From Bacillales bacterium UBA3835 (lineage in GTDB: Bacteria; Bacillota_I; Bacilli_A; RFN20; CAG-826), in assembly GCA_002392945.1 (NCBI GenBank), contig DGHZ01000010.1:1-53599 (forward strand): 53,599 nt of DNA. The letters run 5' to 3'. Numbering within the stretch: the first letter of the stretch is position 1; every line of letters begins with the position of its first letter. Below, one piece after another: positions 25,141-33,456 of this stretch. The notes below the pieces were generated by a model. The model saw only the letters and a program-made list of their open reading frames with translations, made no database searches and was not told where the DNA came from. The translations under genes were made by a program, and so were the position numbers.

Positions 25141-25175
25141 AAAAATGGACCCGATTTCTCGAGTCCTTTTGTTTT
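25141..25175. terminator. Bidirectional intrinsic terminator
   Basis: A5 - GGACCCGA-TTTC-TCGAGTCC (one mismatch) - TTTTGTTTT. Confidence 0.6.
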
Positions 25176-25184
25176 ATAAATAAA

Positions 25185-25961
25185 TTAGAATAGGTTTTCT
25201 TTACGGTTCACCACTATATAACCCTTACGATTATAAACATCTTCGCGGTTATATCTAATCGGGGTACCGTCTGGTTCCACAAATAAGCCGCCTGCTTCTT
25301 CAACAACAATTTGGCAAGCAGCTGTATCCCATTCTTTGGTGTTAGGGCTTCTTCTTAAAGTAATTTCCGCTAAGCCGTGGGCTATCGCGCAAGGTTTTAA
25401 GGAACTGCCTTTTCTTACCACATGTTTGATTTTATCAGCGTGCTTTTCAATATATTCTTTTTCAGCGTCATTAAAATGGAAGACGCTGATTAACATAGTT
25501 AAGTCGCTAACTTTATCATTAACATGGATTCTAACGGGTTTTTCATTTCCTTTTTGGAAATAGCTGCCGTTACCTTTACTAGCAAAATAAAGTTCATCGA
25601 TAGCAGGAGCCACTACTACACCAACAACAAGTTCGTGTTTATAAGCTAGAGCGATATTAGTGGTAAATTGTCCATCCTTAGCCACAAAATCTTTCGTACC
25701 ATCAACTGGATCCACAATCCACACAAAGTCATTATTAAGACGTTCTAGATTATCTGTGCTTTCTTCAGTTAGAAAAGCGTGAGTAGGGAATTTCTCATGA
25801 AGATAATTTCTAATGATTTCGTCTGCGGATTTATCAGCGATAGTGACTGGAGAATTATCGTCTTTAATTTCCACATCAAAATGTTGGGCGTAAATCTCCA
25901 TAATTTTCTTTTTGGCTAATAAGCCAGCTTCAATCGCAACTTGTAATTCTTTTTCCCACAT
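25185..25961 (-). CDS. Inositol monophosphatase / 3'(2'),5'-bisphosphate nucleotidase (CysQ-like) family protein
   Basis: ORF track, trimmed. The track start at 25979 is a TTG, whereas the ATG at 25961 (MWEKEL) has GGAG 8 nt upstream and lies 2 nt after the nrnA stop. Motifs EES.D, WIVDPVDGTKDF and WDTAA. Confidence 0.85.
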   Translation of the reverse strand: MWEKELQVAIEAGLLAKKKIMEIYAQHFDVEIKDDNSPVTIADKSADEIIRNYLHEKFPTHAFLTEESTDNLERLNNDFVWIVDPVDGTKDFVAKDGQFTTNIALAYKHELVVGVVVAPAIDELYFASKGNGSYFQKGNEKPVRIHVNDKVSDLTMLISVFHFNDAEKEYIEKHADKIKHVVRKGSSLKPCAIAHGLAEITLRRSPNTKEWDTAACQIVVEEAGGLFVEPDGTPIRYNREDVYNRKGYIVVNRKENLF

Positions 25962-25963
25962 AA

Positions 25964-26917
25964 TTATTGTTTTCTCCAATTAATAATGGCTTGGTCTAAT
26001 TTACGAATAATAACGTTAATTTGATCATAATCTAAAGATGGGAGTTGAGCTCCACTTGCGTGAGCGTGTCCGCCACCACCCACACTAACAGCCACTGGCT
26101 GTACAAGTGGTCCATTACTTCTAAATTCGGCTCTTACTCTACCATCTGCATATTCGGCAAATGAACACCAAATCGGATATCCTTCGATATTTCCTAATAA
26201 GTTAATCAAATTAGAGGCATGGTTAGCAGATATATTAAGTTCCTTCAAAGTGTGACGGTCTAAAACAATAGAAATAACACCTTCTGGAGATTTCTGATAG
26301 TGAGACATAACATAACCTTTAGCCGCTAAAGAGATTTCATCGGTCTTAGCTAAAACACGGTTAATCTTATTTGGATTAGCTCCATGCTCACATAAGAATT
26401 TTGCACGCTCAAATGTTTGAGGATAATTAGAGACGAATTGGAATCTAGCACTATCGGTAAGAATACCAAGGAATAAAGCATTAGCGCCAAGTTTAGAAAT
26501 CTTTAAATCATGGTCAATAACTAATCCAGTAATAATATCGCAAGTACTATTGGCGTCAACATCAACAATAAATGGTCCTTCTTTAAAAGAACCGGTATCA
26601 ATATGATGGTCAATTTTTGCGAATTCCTTAGCGGTGAAGACTCTAGAATCTTCCATTCTTGCTAAATCATTACCATCAACAATAATCGCTAAGCTATTTT
26701 TGATAGTTTCATCATCTACTATATCCATCTTACAAATCACATCAAAAAATGATGGAACACCAGATCCAGTAATATAGACTTTTTTATCAGGGAAATTTGA
26801 AAGAATAATTTCCTTCAAACCAACCTGAGAACCATAGCAATCTCCATCAGGATTTAAATGTCCATAAATCACAATAGAGTCGTTCTTTTTTATTAAATCC
26901 CAAATTTGTTCAAACAT
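25964..26917 (-). CDS. nrnA: DHH/DHHA1 phosphoesterase, NrnA-type (oligoribonuclease / pAp phosphatase)
   Basis: ORF track 317 aa. Motifs GHLNPDGDC, IVDGND (DxD), DHH (IDHHID) and the DHHA1 GGGGH motif. Confidence 0.85.
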   Translation of the reverse strand: MFEQIWDLIKKNDSIVIYGHLNPDGDCYGSQVGLKEIILSNFPDKKVYITGSGVPSFFDVICKMDIVDDETIKNSLAIIVDGNDLARMEDSRVFTAKEFAKIDHHIDTGSFKEGPFIVDVDANSTCDIITGLVIDHDLKISKLGANALFLGILTDSARFQFVSNYPQTFERAKFLCEHGANPNKINRVLAKTDEISLAAKGYVMSHYQKSPEGVISIVLDRHTLKELNISANHASNLINLLGNIEGYPIWCSFAEYADGRVRAEFRSNGPLVQPVAVSVGGGGHAHASGAQLPSLDYDQINVIIRKLDQAIINWRKQ

Positions 26918-26926
26918 AAACTCAAA

Positions 26927-27316
26927 CTAATTTTCGGATAATTCATCCTTTTCTTCAGCTTCTTCTTCAACTTCAGAGGCGGATTCATCTTCGAATACTT
27001 TATTGTATTCTTCTTCCTCTTCATCTTTCTCTTCGATATCATCATCGCTAGTTTGGACATCACTATAGACATCTCTCATATCGATATGAACTTTATCAAA
27101 GACGTGTCTTTCTCTTAAATCCCATTCATTTTCTCCAAGAGTAATAAAGCGTCCATCAAGCATCATGTTAGTGAAGAATTGACCAACTTTGGCGTTCGCT
27201 TGTTCTTCGCTTAATCCAGCTTCTTTTTTGACATACTCCCAGATTTCTTTGAAGTTGACAGATTCTTTGTGCTTAGAAACAAATTCATAAGCGTGTTCAA
27301 TTAAAGATTTAGACAT
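26927..27316 (-). CDS. rpoE: DNA-directed RNA polymerase subunit delta
   Basis: ORF track 129 aa. The N-terminal HARE-HTH-like domain (FKEIWEYVKKE...FFTNMMLDGRFITLGENEWDLRE) is followed by a strongly acidic tail. Confidence 0.85.
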   Translation of the reverse strand: MSKSLIEHAYEFVSKHKESVNFKEIWEYVKKEAGLSEEQANAKVGQFFTNMMLDGRFITLGENEWDLRERHVFDKVHIDMRDVYSDVQTSDDDIEEKDEEEEEYNKVFEDESASEVEEEAEEKDELSEN

Positions 27317-27331
27317 TATATATCTCCTTTC

Positions 27332-28948
27332 TTACATTCTATTAGGGGCACTGACACCCACTAATGTTAATGCGTTTTTCATAACAATTTTAGAGGCTAG
27401 GCATAAGCCTAATCTATTCGAGGTAACACTTAAGTTATCTCGATCTATAACTCGACATTCAGTATAGAAGGCGTGAATCTTTTCTGCGACTTCATGAATG
27501 TAGTTAGTAATTTTATAAGGGGCTCTTTCTTTAGAAGCGGTTTTTACAATTTCTGGGAAATTAGATAAAGCTTTAGCTAAATCTAATTCACTAGGCATAT
27601 TTAATACTGGTGATTCGTTTACTTTTATATCGCTGGCACTAGATAAAATTGAACATAAGCGAGCGTGAGCGTATTGAGCGTAATAAACTGGATTATCACT
27701 ACTTTGTTTGACCGCTAAATCTAAATCAAAGTCTAAATGACCACTAGCGTTTCTCATGACAAAGAAATATCTTGCAGCGTCGACACCAGCGTCCTCACAT
27801 AATTCACGTAATGTATATCCGTTACCAGTACGTTTAGAGAGTTTAAATTCTTCTCCATCTTTCATCATTCTCACCATTTGAATTAATTCAACTTGTAAGC
27901 ACTCAGGAGAATATCCATGCATCATTAAAGCTGATTTCATACGGTTAATATAACCGTGATGGTCCGCTCCTAAAACATCAATTAATTGATCAAACCCACG
28001 GCTCATCTTATTGACGTGATAAACGATATCAGGCATGAAATAAGTATATTCACCGTTACTCTTTCTAATAACTCTATCTTTATCATCAAGATAATCAGTG
28101 GTCTTTAGCACTAACGCTCCATCAGATTCATAAACATGGTCTTTTAAATATTCGATTTCTTTTTCAACTGCTCCCCCAGCTCTAATCTTTTTCTCTGAAG
28201 AGAAAACATCAAAAACAATATTGTAATTCTTTAAATCTTCTTTAATCTTGTCTAATTCAAATTCCATTCCTTTTTCTTTGAAAAATTCAAAGTGGTCTGG
28301 TCTTTCTAATAAGTGAGGTCCAAATTCATCATAGATGCGTTTAGCTACTAACTTCACATCTTCACCGTGATAACCATCTTCAGGTAAAAGAAATGGAAGT
28401 CCTAATATTTCTTTATATCTTTCAATTAATGATTCACCAAGGTGATCAATTTGATTACCAGCGTCATTAATATAATATTCTCTTGTCACCTCATAACCGT
28501 CAAAAGTTAAGATTCTCGCAATAGCGTCTCCAATAGCCGCTCCTCGAGCGTGACCAACATGTAAATCTCCTGTCGGATTAGCAGAAACAAATTCCACATT
28601 TATTTTCTTATTTTTCTTTTCGCCTCTACCGTAATTATCGTTTAAAACGATAATATTATTAATTAAAGAACTAATAGAGTCGTTTTTCATAAAGAAATTA
28701 ATAAAACCAGGCCCGGCGATTTCTACCTTTTCAATATTAGATAAATCTAATTTAGAAACGATCAATTCCGCGACTTCTTTTGGAGATTTAGCAAAATATC
28801 GACAAGACTTCATTGCCACATTACTAGCGAAGTCTCCATGAGCAGGGTCTTTAGAGTTTTCAATAATAATTTGCTCTAAAGCTAAATCAACATTAAGTGA
28901 CTTTAATGCTTGTTGAATATTAAGTTTTAAATCTTCTTTAATTTCCAT
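27332..28948 (-). CDS. argS: Arginine--tRNA ligase
   Basis: ORF track 538 aa. Class I HIGH motif (SANPTGDLHVGHAR), a KMSKS-like MSRG element and the C-terminal DALR anticodon-binding pattern. Confidence 0.95.
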   Translation of the reverse strand: MEIKEDLKLNIQQALKSLNVDLALEQIIIENSKDPAHGDFASNVAMKSCRYFAKSPKEVAELIVSKLDLSNIEKVEIAGPGFINFFMKNDSISSLINNIIVLNDNYGRGEKKNKKINVEFVSANPTGDLHVGHARGAAIGDAIARILTFDGYEVTREYYINDAGNQIDHLGESLIERYKEILGLPFLLPEDGYHGEDVKLVAKRIYDEFGPHLLERPDHFEFFKEKGMEFELDKIKEDLKNYNIVFDVFSSEKKIRAGGAVEKEIEYLKDHVYESDGALVLKTTDYLDDKDRVIRKSNGEYTYFMPDIVYHVNKMSRGFDQLIDVLGADHHGYINRMKSALMMHGYSPECLQVELIQMVRMMKDGEEFKLSKRTGNGYTLRELCEDAGVDAARYFFVMRNASGHLDFDLDLAVKQSSDNPVYYAQYAHARLCSILSSASDIKVNESPVLNMPSELDLAKALSNFPEIVKTASKERAPYKITNYIHEVAEKIHAFYTECRVIDRDNLSVTSNRLGLCLASKIVMKNALTLVGVSAPNRM

Positions 28949-28985
28949 ATTTTTAACACAAAATTATACTTATTACTAATTTATA

Positions 28986-29468
28986 TTAGCAATAACTTTT
29001 TAACATAATCATTGAAGAAGCTTCAATAGCTTCGCCTCTTCCCACTTCTCCGCATCCTTCGTTAGTGCCTGCTTTAATAGATACTTGATTAAGTTCAACT
29101 TCTAAAATAGAAGCGACATTTTTTCTCATTAATTCAATATAATCTTTAAGCTTTGGTTTTTCTAAAGAAACAAAGATATCGACGTTGTTAACTTTATAAC
29201 CTTTATCTTTCATCATCTTTACTACTTCTTTAACGATGAGGCTACTATCCATATTTAAGGTATCATTAGAGGTATCTGGAAAATGTTTTCCTAAATCTCC
29301 TAAGGCTAGAGCCCCTAAAATAGATTCCGCTAAAGCGTGATATAAAACATCACCATCACTATGAGCGAGTTCTCCTAATCCAAAAGGAATCACTACTCCA
29401 GCAATGATTAATTTTCTATTTTCCACTAATTTGTGGATGTCTTTAGAAAAGCCAACGCGATATTCCAT
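28986..29468 (-). CDS. ispF: 2-C-methyl-D-erythritol 2,4-cyclodiphosphate synthase
   Basis: ORF track 160 aa. Motifs GFSKDIHKL, AHSDGDVLYHAL and GDLGKHFPD. Confidence 0.93.
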   Translation of the reverse strand: MEYRVGFSKDIHKLVENRKLIIAGVVIPFGLGELAHSDGDVLYHALAESILGALALGDLGKHFPDTSNDTLNMDSSLIVKEVVKMMKDKGYKVNNVDIFVSLEKPKLKDYIELMRKNVASILEVELNQVSIKAGTNEGCGEVGRGEAIEASSMIMLKSYC

Positions 29469-30583
29469 TATTTTTTACCTGATACATTAAACTTAAAGAA
29501 CATTATATCTCCGTCTTTAGGAAAATATCCTTTACCTTCGGTACGCATTTTTCCAGCTTCTTTAACTGCAAGTTCACTGCCTAATTCGTGAATGGAGTCA
29601 TAGGTATAAACTTCAGCGCAAATAAATCCTCTTTCAAAATCAGTATGAATAATACCGGCACATTTAGGAGCGCTATATCCATTAGGGAAGGTCCAAGCAC
29701 GGCATTCATCTGCTCCCACTGTAAAGAAAGTAGATAAATTTAATAATTTATAAGTAGCCTTAATTAACTGAGCAAGTCCACTAGTTTCAATTCCTAAATC
29801 TTTTAAGAATTCCACTTTTTCTTCTTTAGATAATTCTGAGAGTTGAGATTCAATCTCACAGCTCACCGGTATCACTTCATTATGCTCTTTAGAAGCATAT
29901 TCTTTAACTTTGTTAAAATTCTCACAGCTATTAATATCTAATAAATCTTCTTCACCGACATTAGCAACATAGATAATTGGTTTCTTGGTTAATAAATGAT
30001 AACTATAAACCACTTCTTCTTGTTCTTGAGAAAGAGGAACGTTTCTTGCTGCCACTCCATTAGTAAGAGCTTCTTTAAGTGGAGTTAAACAAGACATTTC
30101 CATTACTGACTCTTTATCTTTTAAAATACGAGCCTTATTTTCAATCTTTTCAATTCTTCTAGTGACAGTTTCTAAATCCGCCATCACGAGTTCTAGATTG
30201 ATAACTTCTATATCTCTAATTGGATCAACATCACCTTCAACATGGATAATATCACTATTAGTGAAACATCTAACTACTTCCACAATCGCATCACATTCTC
30301 TAATATGAGAAAGGAATTGGTTGCCTAAACCTTCTCCTTTAGATGCCCCTCTAACGAGTCCGGCAATATCATAAAATTCAATTGTGGCGGGAATGGTTCT
30401 TTCTGGTTTAAAGATATTCACTAAGAAGTCTAATCTTTCATCAGGAACTTCCACAATTCTAGTATTTGGATTAATTGTAGCAAAAGGGTAATTAGCAGCC
30501 TCCACGTGAGAGTTAGTAATCGCATTAAATAAAGTTGATTTTCCTACGTTTGGTAATCCCACAATTCCTGCTTTTAATCCCAT
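29468..30583 (-). CDS. ychF: Ribosome-binding / redox-regulated ATPase YchF
   Basis: ORF track, trimmed to MGLKAGIVGLPNVGKSTLFNA (ATG at 30583). The 31-aa track extension is implausible. The C-terminal TGS/YchF domain is present (AWTFPNGYSAPKCAGIIHTDFERGFI). Confidence 0.95.
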   Translation of the reverse strand: MGLKAGIVGLPNVGKSTLFNAITNSHVEAANYPFATINPNTRIVEVPDERLDFLVNIFKPERTIPATIEFYDIAGLVRGASKGEGLGNQFLSHIRECDAIVEVVRCFTNSDIIHVEGDVDPIRDIEVINLELVMADLETVTRRIEKIENKARILKDKESVMEMSCLTPLKEALTNGVAARNVPLSQEQEEVVYSYHLLTKKPIIYVANVGEEDLLDINSCENFNKVKEYASKEHNEVIPVSCEIESQLSELSKEEKVEFLKDLGIETSGLAQLIKATYKLLNLSTFFTVGADECRAWTFPNGYSAPKCAGIIHTDFERGFICAEVYTYDSIHELGSELAVKEAGKMRTEGKGYFPKDGDIMFFKFNVSGKK

Positions 30584-30607
30584 AATCTTGTCTTCTTTCA
30601 ATTGAAT

Positions 30608-30635
30608 ATTATATTCAAATTTATAAATAAGACAA
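30608..30635 (-). promoter_or_regulatory. Sigma-A-type promoter for ychF (TTGTCT-16 nt-TATAAT)
   Basis: Minus sense: -35 TTGTCT (30635-30630) and -10 TATAAT (30613-30608), 24 nt upstream of the ychF ATG. Confidence 0.45.
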
Positions 30636-30663
30636 AGATAAAATAATATTTTATAGTCATTCG

Positions 30664-33456
30664 TTAATACAAACACTCTAACGGAGGAATTTTTGATATC
30701 TTTTTAGAAATCAAAATAGAGCTCACTAACGCAATTAAAGTATCCACTAAAAACATATAGATAATCGACATCGGATTAAAGACAAACATCGAGTTAATGT
30801 GGAGAGAACTCGCTAGAACTTTTGATAAGATAAAAGAAATAACGAATAACTCCACTAGCGAAAGAAGTAAAGAGAAACTAGTCATTATAAATGAATGAAA
30901 ATAAACAAACTTCTTACTTTGGCTTTTCTTGCTTCCTAAAATACGTACTAACCCAATATCTTTTTTTACTTCTAGAAAATGTAAATAATTACATATAAAT
31001 AGAATAAGACTAGCGATAACAATGCTAGAAATAGAAACAATTAATAATATTAATTCGATATATCCACAAATCTCATCAACATTATTTTTAATATCTTTAA
31101 GCGGAGAATAAACTTCACATTGAGGGAACGATCTAGATAAAGACGCTATCACTTCTTCTTCATGATTAGTGTCTATTTGCAAAGCAAAATTCTCTATATT
31201 TAAATCAAAAGTGGATACTCCAAGCATGCACTGGAAAAATAAAATTGACCAGCTTTCATTATGATGAATAGCAAGTTTTGCGCTATCAGAAACTCCCACA
31301 ATTTTTAAAGATACCGTTTTAAAGTCTCTTGATATATAGCCATTAGGTAACAAGTTCTCTTTTAAGGGAAAAGATAAATATAGCGCTTTATTTTTTGGTT
31401 CACTAATATTTAACTTCTCTAATAAAGCAGATGAAACCACTATTTCTTGATAATTTACCGGAGCTCTTCCACTTATTAAACAATAATTAGGTTCAAAACA
31501 AAATCCTGAAATATTACTTTTAGAAAAGTGGCCTTCTATAGTCCCAGTAGGAAGAGAAACATTTTGCGAATCTTCATATCTTACATAGCTAAGTAAATCA
31601 ACAATGTCATAAATACTCACTTCATTACTTGATAGGTAAGTGTTTTTAGAAAAACCCACCATTAAACTTTTATCGTATATCGCATAAGCATTAGAAGAAC
31701 CATACGTCACACTTTTTATATAACGACTACTACTTTTACAAAATGGGCCAATAAAAGAAGGAAGATAATCTTTTCTAGTTCTTTTAACTATTAATACCCT
31801 GGAACACTCATAAATATCAGTATTTACTAATAATTTTGGATAATATAAATTGCTAAGTATTTCAAAATCAAAGTCTTTATATTTAAAATCAAAGCGATGT
31901 TCTTTTATAAACTCATCTCTATTAGTAGAGAAATAAAAATAATACGCTTTTTTTAAATCCCATGGATGAGCGCTATTAACGTTAAGATAGGGTGTACTTG
32001 GTAACGTTAATTTGTTTTCTAAAATATATTCGTTCCATATCGGATTAGAGTGATATATAAGAATTTGATTAGATAAGATAAATCCTTTAAGTTTTAATGA
32101 AAAACTACCTTCATATTGCCAAACACTATTAGAAACTAAGAACGTGAAATATAAATCATTGTGTTCTATATATTTAGAAAAAGAAGACATCGTTCTTTCT
32201 ATTTGAAGTTGGAAACATAATTCATTAACAACGGAAAAAGGAGCAGATAAAACAAATTCATCATTTGCTAAAGAATTAACTTTATTAGGAACAATATCTA
32301 ATGAACTTTTTATTAAGCCAAACTCATTAATATCGCAAATAGTAAGACCACTAATCGGTTTAATCTGACTTCCCTTTTCTATATAAGCAACGTTATAGTC
32401 AAACATTAAATTAAAGTCATTGGCGTAATATACCCCGATATAATCAATATCTTTTTCATATCCTTCAGTTAAAGAAAGTGCTTCATCATAATCTGCACCC
32501 GTAATTATATCTTTAGATATCTCTTTGTCTTTATTAGTTAAAATAAGTCGGTCATCATCTAAAATAGAGGAATAGCTTCGATATAAGTTAGTAGAAATAA
32601 TATTTGATAACGTACTAGCAAGTCCCACTCCAATAAGCCCAAAAGAAGTCACAAATGTTATAAACATTGTTCTCCATTTCCTTCTTTTAATAGTTCGAAG
32701 CGTATGTCTAAATAAAAATGAAAAAGGAAGAAGTCTAGTTAGTGTTTTAAAAGAGAGATTTAAAACAGGTAAATATTCTTGGTGTTTTTTCTTGTTTTGA
32801 TAGATGATGTCACAAACTTTGCCGTCGCTCATCTTAATAATCTGATCAGCGTATTTTTCAGTTAACTCTAAATCATGAGACACCATAATAACTAAAGAAG
32901 CAGAACTAATCTTTTCTAATAGTTTCATTACTACTTCAGTATTTTTCTCATCAAGATTTCCAGTTGGTTCATCTGCTAATAAAATAAGTGGAGAATTAGC
33001 GACAGCTCTAGCTAATGCCACCCTTTGTTTTTCTCCTCCTGATAAATTATTAACAATCTGATTTTCTTTTGAAGATAAGTTAACAAGTCTAAGTAGATCA
33101 TTAACACGCTTTTCTTTTTTAGATTTTTTATCACCACACGCAATATCTATCGCTAAAGCAATGTTTGATTTCACCGATTCATTTTCAAATAATTTGTAAT
33201 CTTGGAATAAAAAACCTAGTTTTCTGCTCCTAATAAGTTCTTTCTCATCTTCGTTAAGCCCATTATATGACTTACCATCAAGAGTAATATCGCCAGAAAA
33301 ATCTAATAAAGTGCTTAATATATTTAATAAAGTTGTCTTTCCACATCCAGAAGGACCATTAATAATCACCAGCCCATATCTAGGCAAGGATAAAGACACG
33401 TCTTTTAAGACATAACGGTCATTATATTTTTTACTAACATTAATTAACTCAATCAT
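30664..33456 (-). CDS. MacB-type fused ABC transporter: N-terminal ATPase plus FtsX-family permease with ~500-aa extracytoplasmic domain
   Basis: ORF track 930 aa. Walker A GPSGCGKT, signature LSGGEKQR, Walker B ILLADEPT, then TM1 (~aa 265-285), a long soluble region and three C-terminal TM helices with the FtsX motif DIGLVRILGSKKSQ. Confidence 0.85.
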   Translation of the reverse strand: MIELINVSKKYNDRYVLKDVSLSLPRYGLVIINGPSGCGKTTLLNILSTLLDFSGDITLDGKSYNGLNEDEKELIRSRKLGFLFQDYKLFENESVKSNIALAIDIACGDKKSKKEKRVNDLLRLVNLSSKENQIVNNLSGGEKQRVALARAVANSPLILLADEPTGNLDEKNTEVVMKLLEKISSASLVIMVSHDLELTEKYADQIIKMSDGKVCDIIYQNKKKHQEYLPVLNLSFKTLTRLLPFSFLFRHTLRTIKRRKWRTMFITFVTSFGLIGVGLASTLSNIISTNLYRSYSSILDDDRLILTNKDKEISKDIITGADYDEALSLTEGYEKDIDYIGVYYANDFNLMFDYNVAYIEKGSQIKPISGLTICDINEFGLIKSSLDIVPNKVNSLANDEFVLSAPFSVVNELCFQLQIERTMSSFSKYIEHNDLYFTFLVSNSVWQYEGSFSLKLKGFILSNQILIYHSNPIWNEYILENKLTLPSTPYLNVNSAHPWDLKKAYYFYFSTNRDEFIKEHRFDFKYKDFDFEILSNLYYPKLLVNTDIYECSRVLIVKRTRKDYLPSFIGPFCKSSSRYIKSVTYGSSNAYAIYDKSLMVGFSKNTYLSSNEVSIYDIVDLLSYVRYEDSQNVSLPTGTIEGHFSKSNISGFCFEPNYCLISGRAPVNYQEIVVSSALLEKLNISEPKNKALYLSFPLKENLLPNGYISRDFKTVSLKIVGVSDSAKLAIHHNESWSILFFQCMLGVSTFDLNIENFALQIDTNHEEEVIASLSRSFPQCEVYSPLKDIKNNVDEICGYIELILLIVSISSIVIASLILFICNYLHFLEVKKDIGLVRILGSKKSQSKKFVYFHSFIMTSFSLLLSLVELFVISFILSKVLASSLHINSMFVFNPMSIIYMFLVDTLIALVSSILISKKISKIPPLECLY

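Noticed and set aside
24881-25141. 86-aa minus-strand ORF
   Set aside because: It is antisense to the 3' end of the kinase-NifU gene and to tRNA-Gln(CTG), so it is spurious.
28949-28985. T-box leaders upstream of argS, and of cysE at 596-727
   Set aside because: The upstream spacers are only 37 nt and 132 nt, too short for a T-box. No specifier-loop or T-box (AGGGTGGTACCGCG-like) sequence was seen.
30584-30676. N-terminal extensions in the ORF track (ychF 31 aa; also pgsA 15 aa, gpmI 6 aa, the IMPase-family gene 6 aa, the lipoprotein 7 aa, the 10505 ORF 14 aa, the SDR 10 aa, dnaD 6 aa)
   Set aside because: For most of these (ychF, pgsA, gpmI, the IMPase-family gene, the lipoprotein, the 10505 ORF) the downstream ATG has a proper SD and matches the conserved family N-terminus. 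Several extended starts are TTG or GTG without an SD. For the SDR and dnaD neither candidate start has an SD, so those trims are tentative.
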